From positions 224,001 to 288,000 of the forward strand of contig CAWFJJ010000001.1 in NCBI GenBank assembly GCA_963816185.1: a stretch of DNA of 64,000 nucleotides, read 5' to 3'. Below the pieces are notes generated by a model, which was given only the letters and a program-made list of their open reading frames with translations, was not told the DNA's origin and did not search any database. Made by a program: the position numbers and the translations under genes. Below, piece after piece: positions 62,693 through 64,000 of this stretch; position 1 is the first letter of the stretch, and every line of letters starts with the position of its first letter. The stretch comes from Thermoanaerobaculia bacterium (GTDB taxonomy: Bacteria > Acidobacteriota > Thermoanaerobaculia > UBA5066).

Positions 62693-63601
62693 ATGATGGA
62701 CGAGCCACGAGATAAGAAAGAGACGCCACTGCTAGGAGCCACCGTACTTTTTCTCCTGCTCGCGGCCGGATCGCGGGCGGCGGCGCAGCCGATCGACTTC
62801 AACAGCCCCGAGGCGTGGGCACTGAAGTATTTCAGCGCGGTCACGACGTTCACCGCCATCGGGCCTCCGGTCTTTCGGCAGCCCGGCGCGATCGACTTCG
62901 GCCTCGAGGGGGGTTGGATTCCCCATTTGAGCGAGAGCCAGCGCCGCGTCGGCTTCGGCGGAACGGCTCTCGAAGACCTCAACAAGCTGGCGGTGTACGG
63001 CCGGCCGAGGCTGACGGTGGGCCTCCCCGGCGGTGTTTCTGCCGAGGCCGGATGGGTGCCCCCGGTCGGGATCAACGGCCAAAGAACGAACCTCTTCGAC
63101 GCGGCGCTCGAACGGCCGTTCTTCGTCGGGGGCTCCTGGTCGATGGGCGGTCGGCTCTACGGTCAGGTCGGCCACTCGTATGGCGATTACACGTGCTCGG
63201 AAGACGTCGTCGCGCAGCCGCCGGGTTCGCCCGGCAATCCCAAGAATTGCGACGCGCGGTCGACGGACTCCGCCACGCTCGACAATGCGGGCGCGGCCCT
63301 GACGGGCGGCGTCAAGGTCGGCGGCGGCGGAAACATCCACTTTGCCGTCGGCGGGACGTACAACGACCTCGTGTTCCAGGTCGGCGCCTATACGGGGGGA
63401 AAGCCCGACAACACCCGTCTCGCGACCCATGGCTGGACGGGCTGGGTGGCCGCGGGAGCCGGTTGGCCGCTCGGCAAGGCCGCCTCGATCGCGGCCGAGG
63501 CCTACTACAGCCCGCTTCTCGTCAAGCGGCCGCCGAATTTCGACACGCAGAACGACGGACTCTTCAACGTTCGGGCGCTCCTGCGCTTTCACCTGCGCTG
63601 A
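62693..63601 (+). CDS. Secreted hypothetical protein, possible outer-membrane beta-barrel
   Basis: Signal peptide; alternating beta-strand-like segments; C-terminus ..LLRFHLR. Confidence 0.6.
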   Translation: MMDEPRDKKETPLLGATVLFLLLAAGSRAAAQPIDFNSPEAWALKYFSAVTTFTAIGPPVFRQPGAIDFGLEGGWIPHLSESQRRVGFGGTALEDLNKLAVYGRPRLTVGLPGGVSAEAGWVPPVGINGQRTNLFDAALERPFFVGGSWSMGGRLYGQVGHSYGDYTCSEDVVAQPPGSPGNPKNCDARSTDSATLDNAGAALTGGVKVGGGGNIHFAVGGTYNDLVFQVGAYTGGKPDNTRLATHGWTGWVAAGAGWPLGKAASIAAEAYYSPLLVKRPPNFDTQNDGLFNVRALLRFHLR

Positions 63602-63610
63602 GGAACGCCG

Positions 63611-64000
63611 TCAGGGCCTGGCCGTCACGATCTCGAAGTCGACCTTGACCTCGTCTTTCACATTGACCGTGCCGCCTCCGGCGCTGATCGGCTTGATGCC
63701 GAAGGCGCTCTGCTTGACGGTCGCCGAGCCGCGAAACCTCTCCTTCGAGCCAGTGACCTCGAAAGACAGCGGCACTTTCTTCCCGCGCAGCTCGAGGTCC
63801 CCTTCGACGCGCCAGCGCCCTTCTGCGATCTGCTTCACCGTCGTGGACTTGAAGCGGATCTCCGGGAACTTCGCGACGTCGAGCACCTCCGGCCCCAGCA
63901 TGCGCTTCTGCACCTCGGCCCGTTTCTCCTTCGCGAGCTTCGGGTCGAGCACCGTCATCTGACGCGCGTCCACCGCGATCTCCACCGCCGGCTTTTCTCC
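63611..64000 (-). CDS. YceI-family protein, 5'-truncated by the window edge
   Basis: VLDVAKFPEIRF, GDLELRG, VKQSAFGIKP. Confidence 0.8.
   Translation of the reverse strand, partial: GEKPAVEIAVDARQMTVLDPKLAKEKRAEVQKRMLGPEVLDVAKFPEIRFKSTTVKQIAEGRWRVEGDLELRGKKVPLSFEVTGSKERFRGSATVKQSAFGIKPISAGGGTVNVKDEVKVDFEIVTARP

Noticed and set aside
62561-62720. Possible sixth motif pair (TTTCTTAAAAG at 62562 with ATAAGAAAG near 62712)
   Set aside because: The left copy overlaps a terminator T-tract and the right copy is too degenerate to count as a pair

Overview
This is a GC-rich (about 68% by eye) bacterial chromosomal window. Gene content suggests Acidobacteriota, possibly Thermoanaerobaculia-like (inference). 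It carries: a GAF/PP2C-RsbW-RsbV partner-switching locus linked to a GAF-AAA+ enhancer-binding protein and interrupted by a long, mycobacterial ICL2-type isocitrate lyase; a selenocysteine formate dehydrogenase operon (fdoGHI...fdhE) split by a PadR cassette; aguAB; many secreted peptidases and hydrolases; an osmoprotectant ABC transporter; bfd-bfr; pepQ; yciH/arfB; gltA; mdh; and sdhCAB. Several single-base frameshifts look like long-read assembly errors. I found no rRNA, tRNA, CRISPR array or transposase. The most striking unexplained signal is a dispersed AT-rich pseudo-palindrome, TTCT-W-AGAA (polar consensus about aagaTTTCTTAGAArg). It has 8 exact and several degenerate copies, mostly in pairs 36-125 bp apart, between genes and also written in-frame into yciH and a HI0933 flavoprotein gene, often near TCA, glyoxylate and respiration genes. 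A second pattern is apparent leaderless transcription, including head-to-head genes only 18-30 bp apart.
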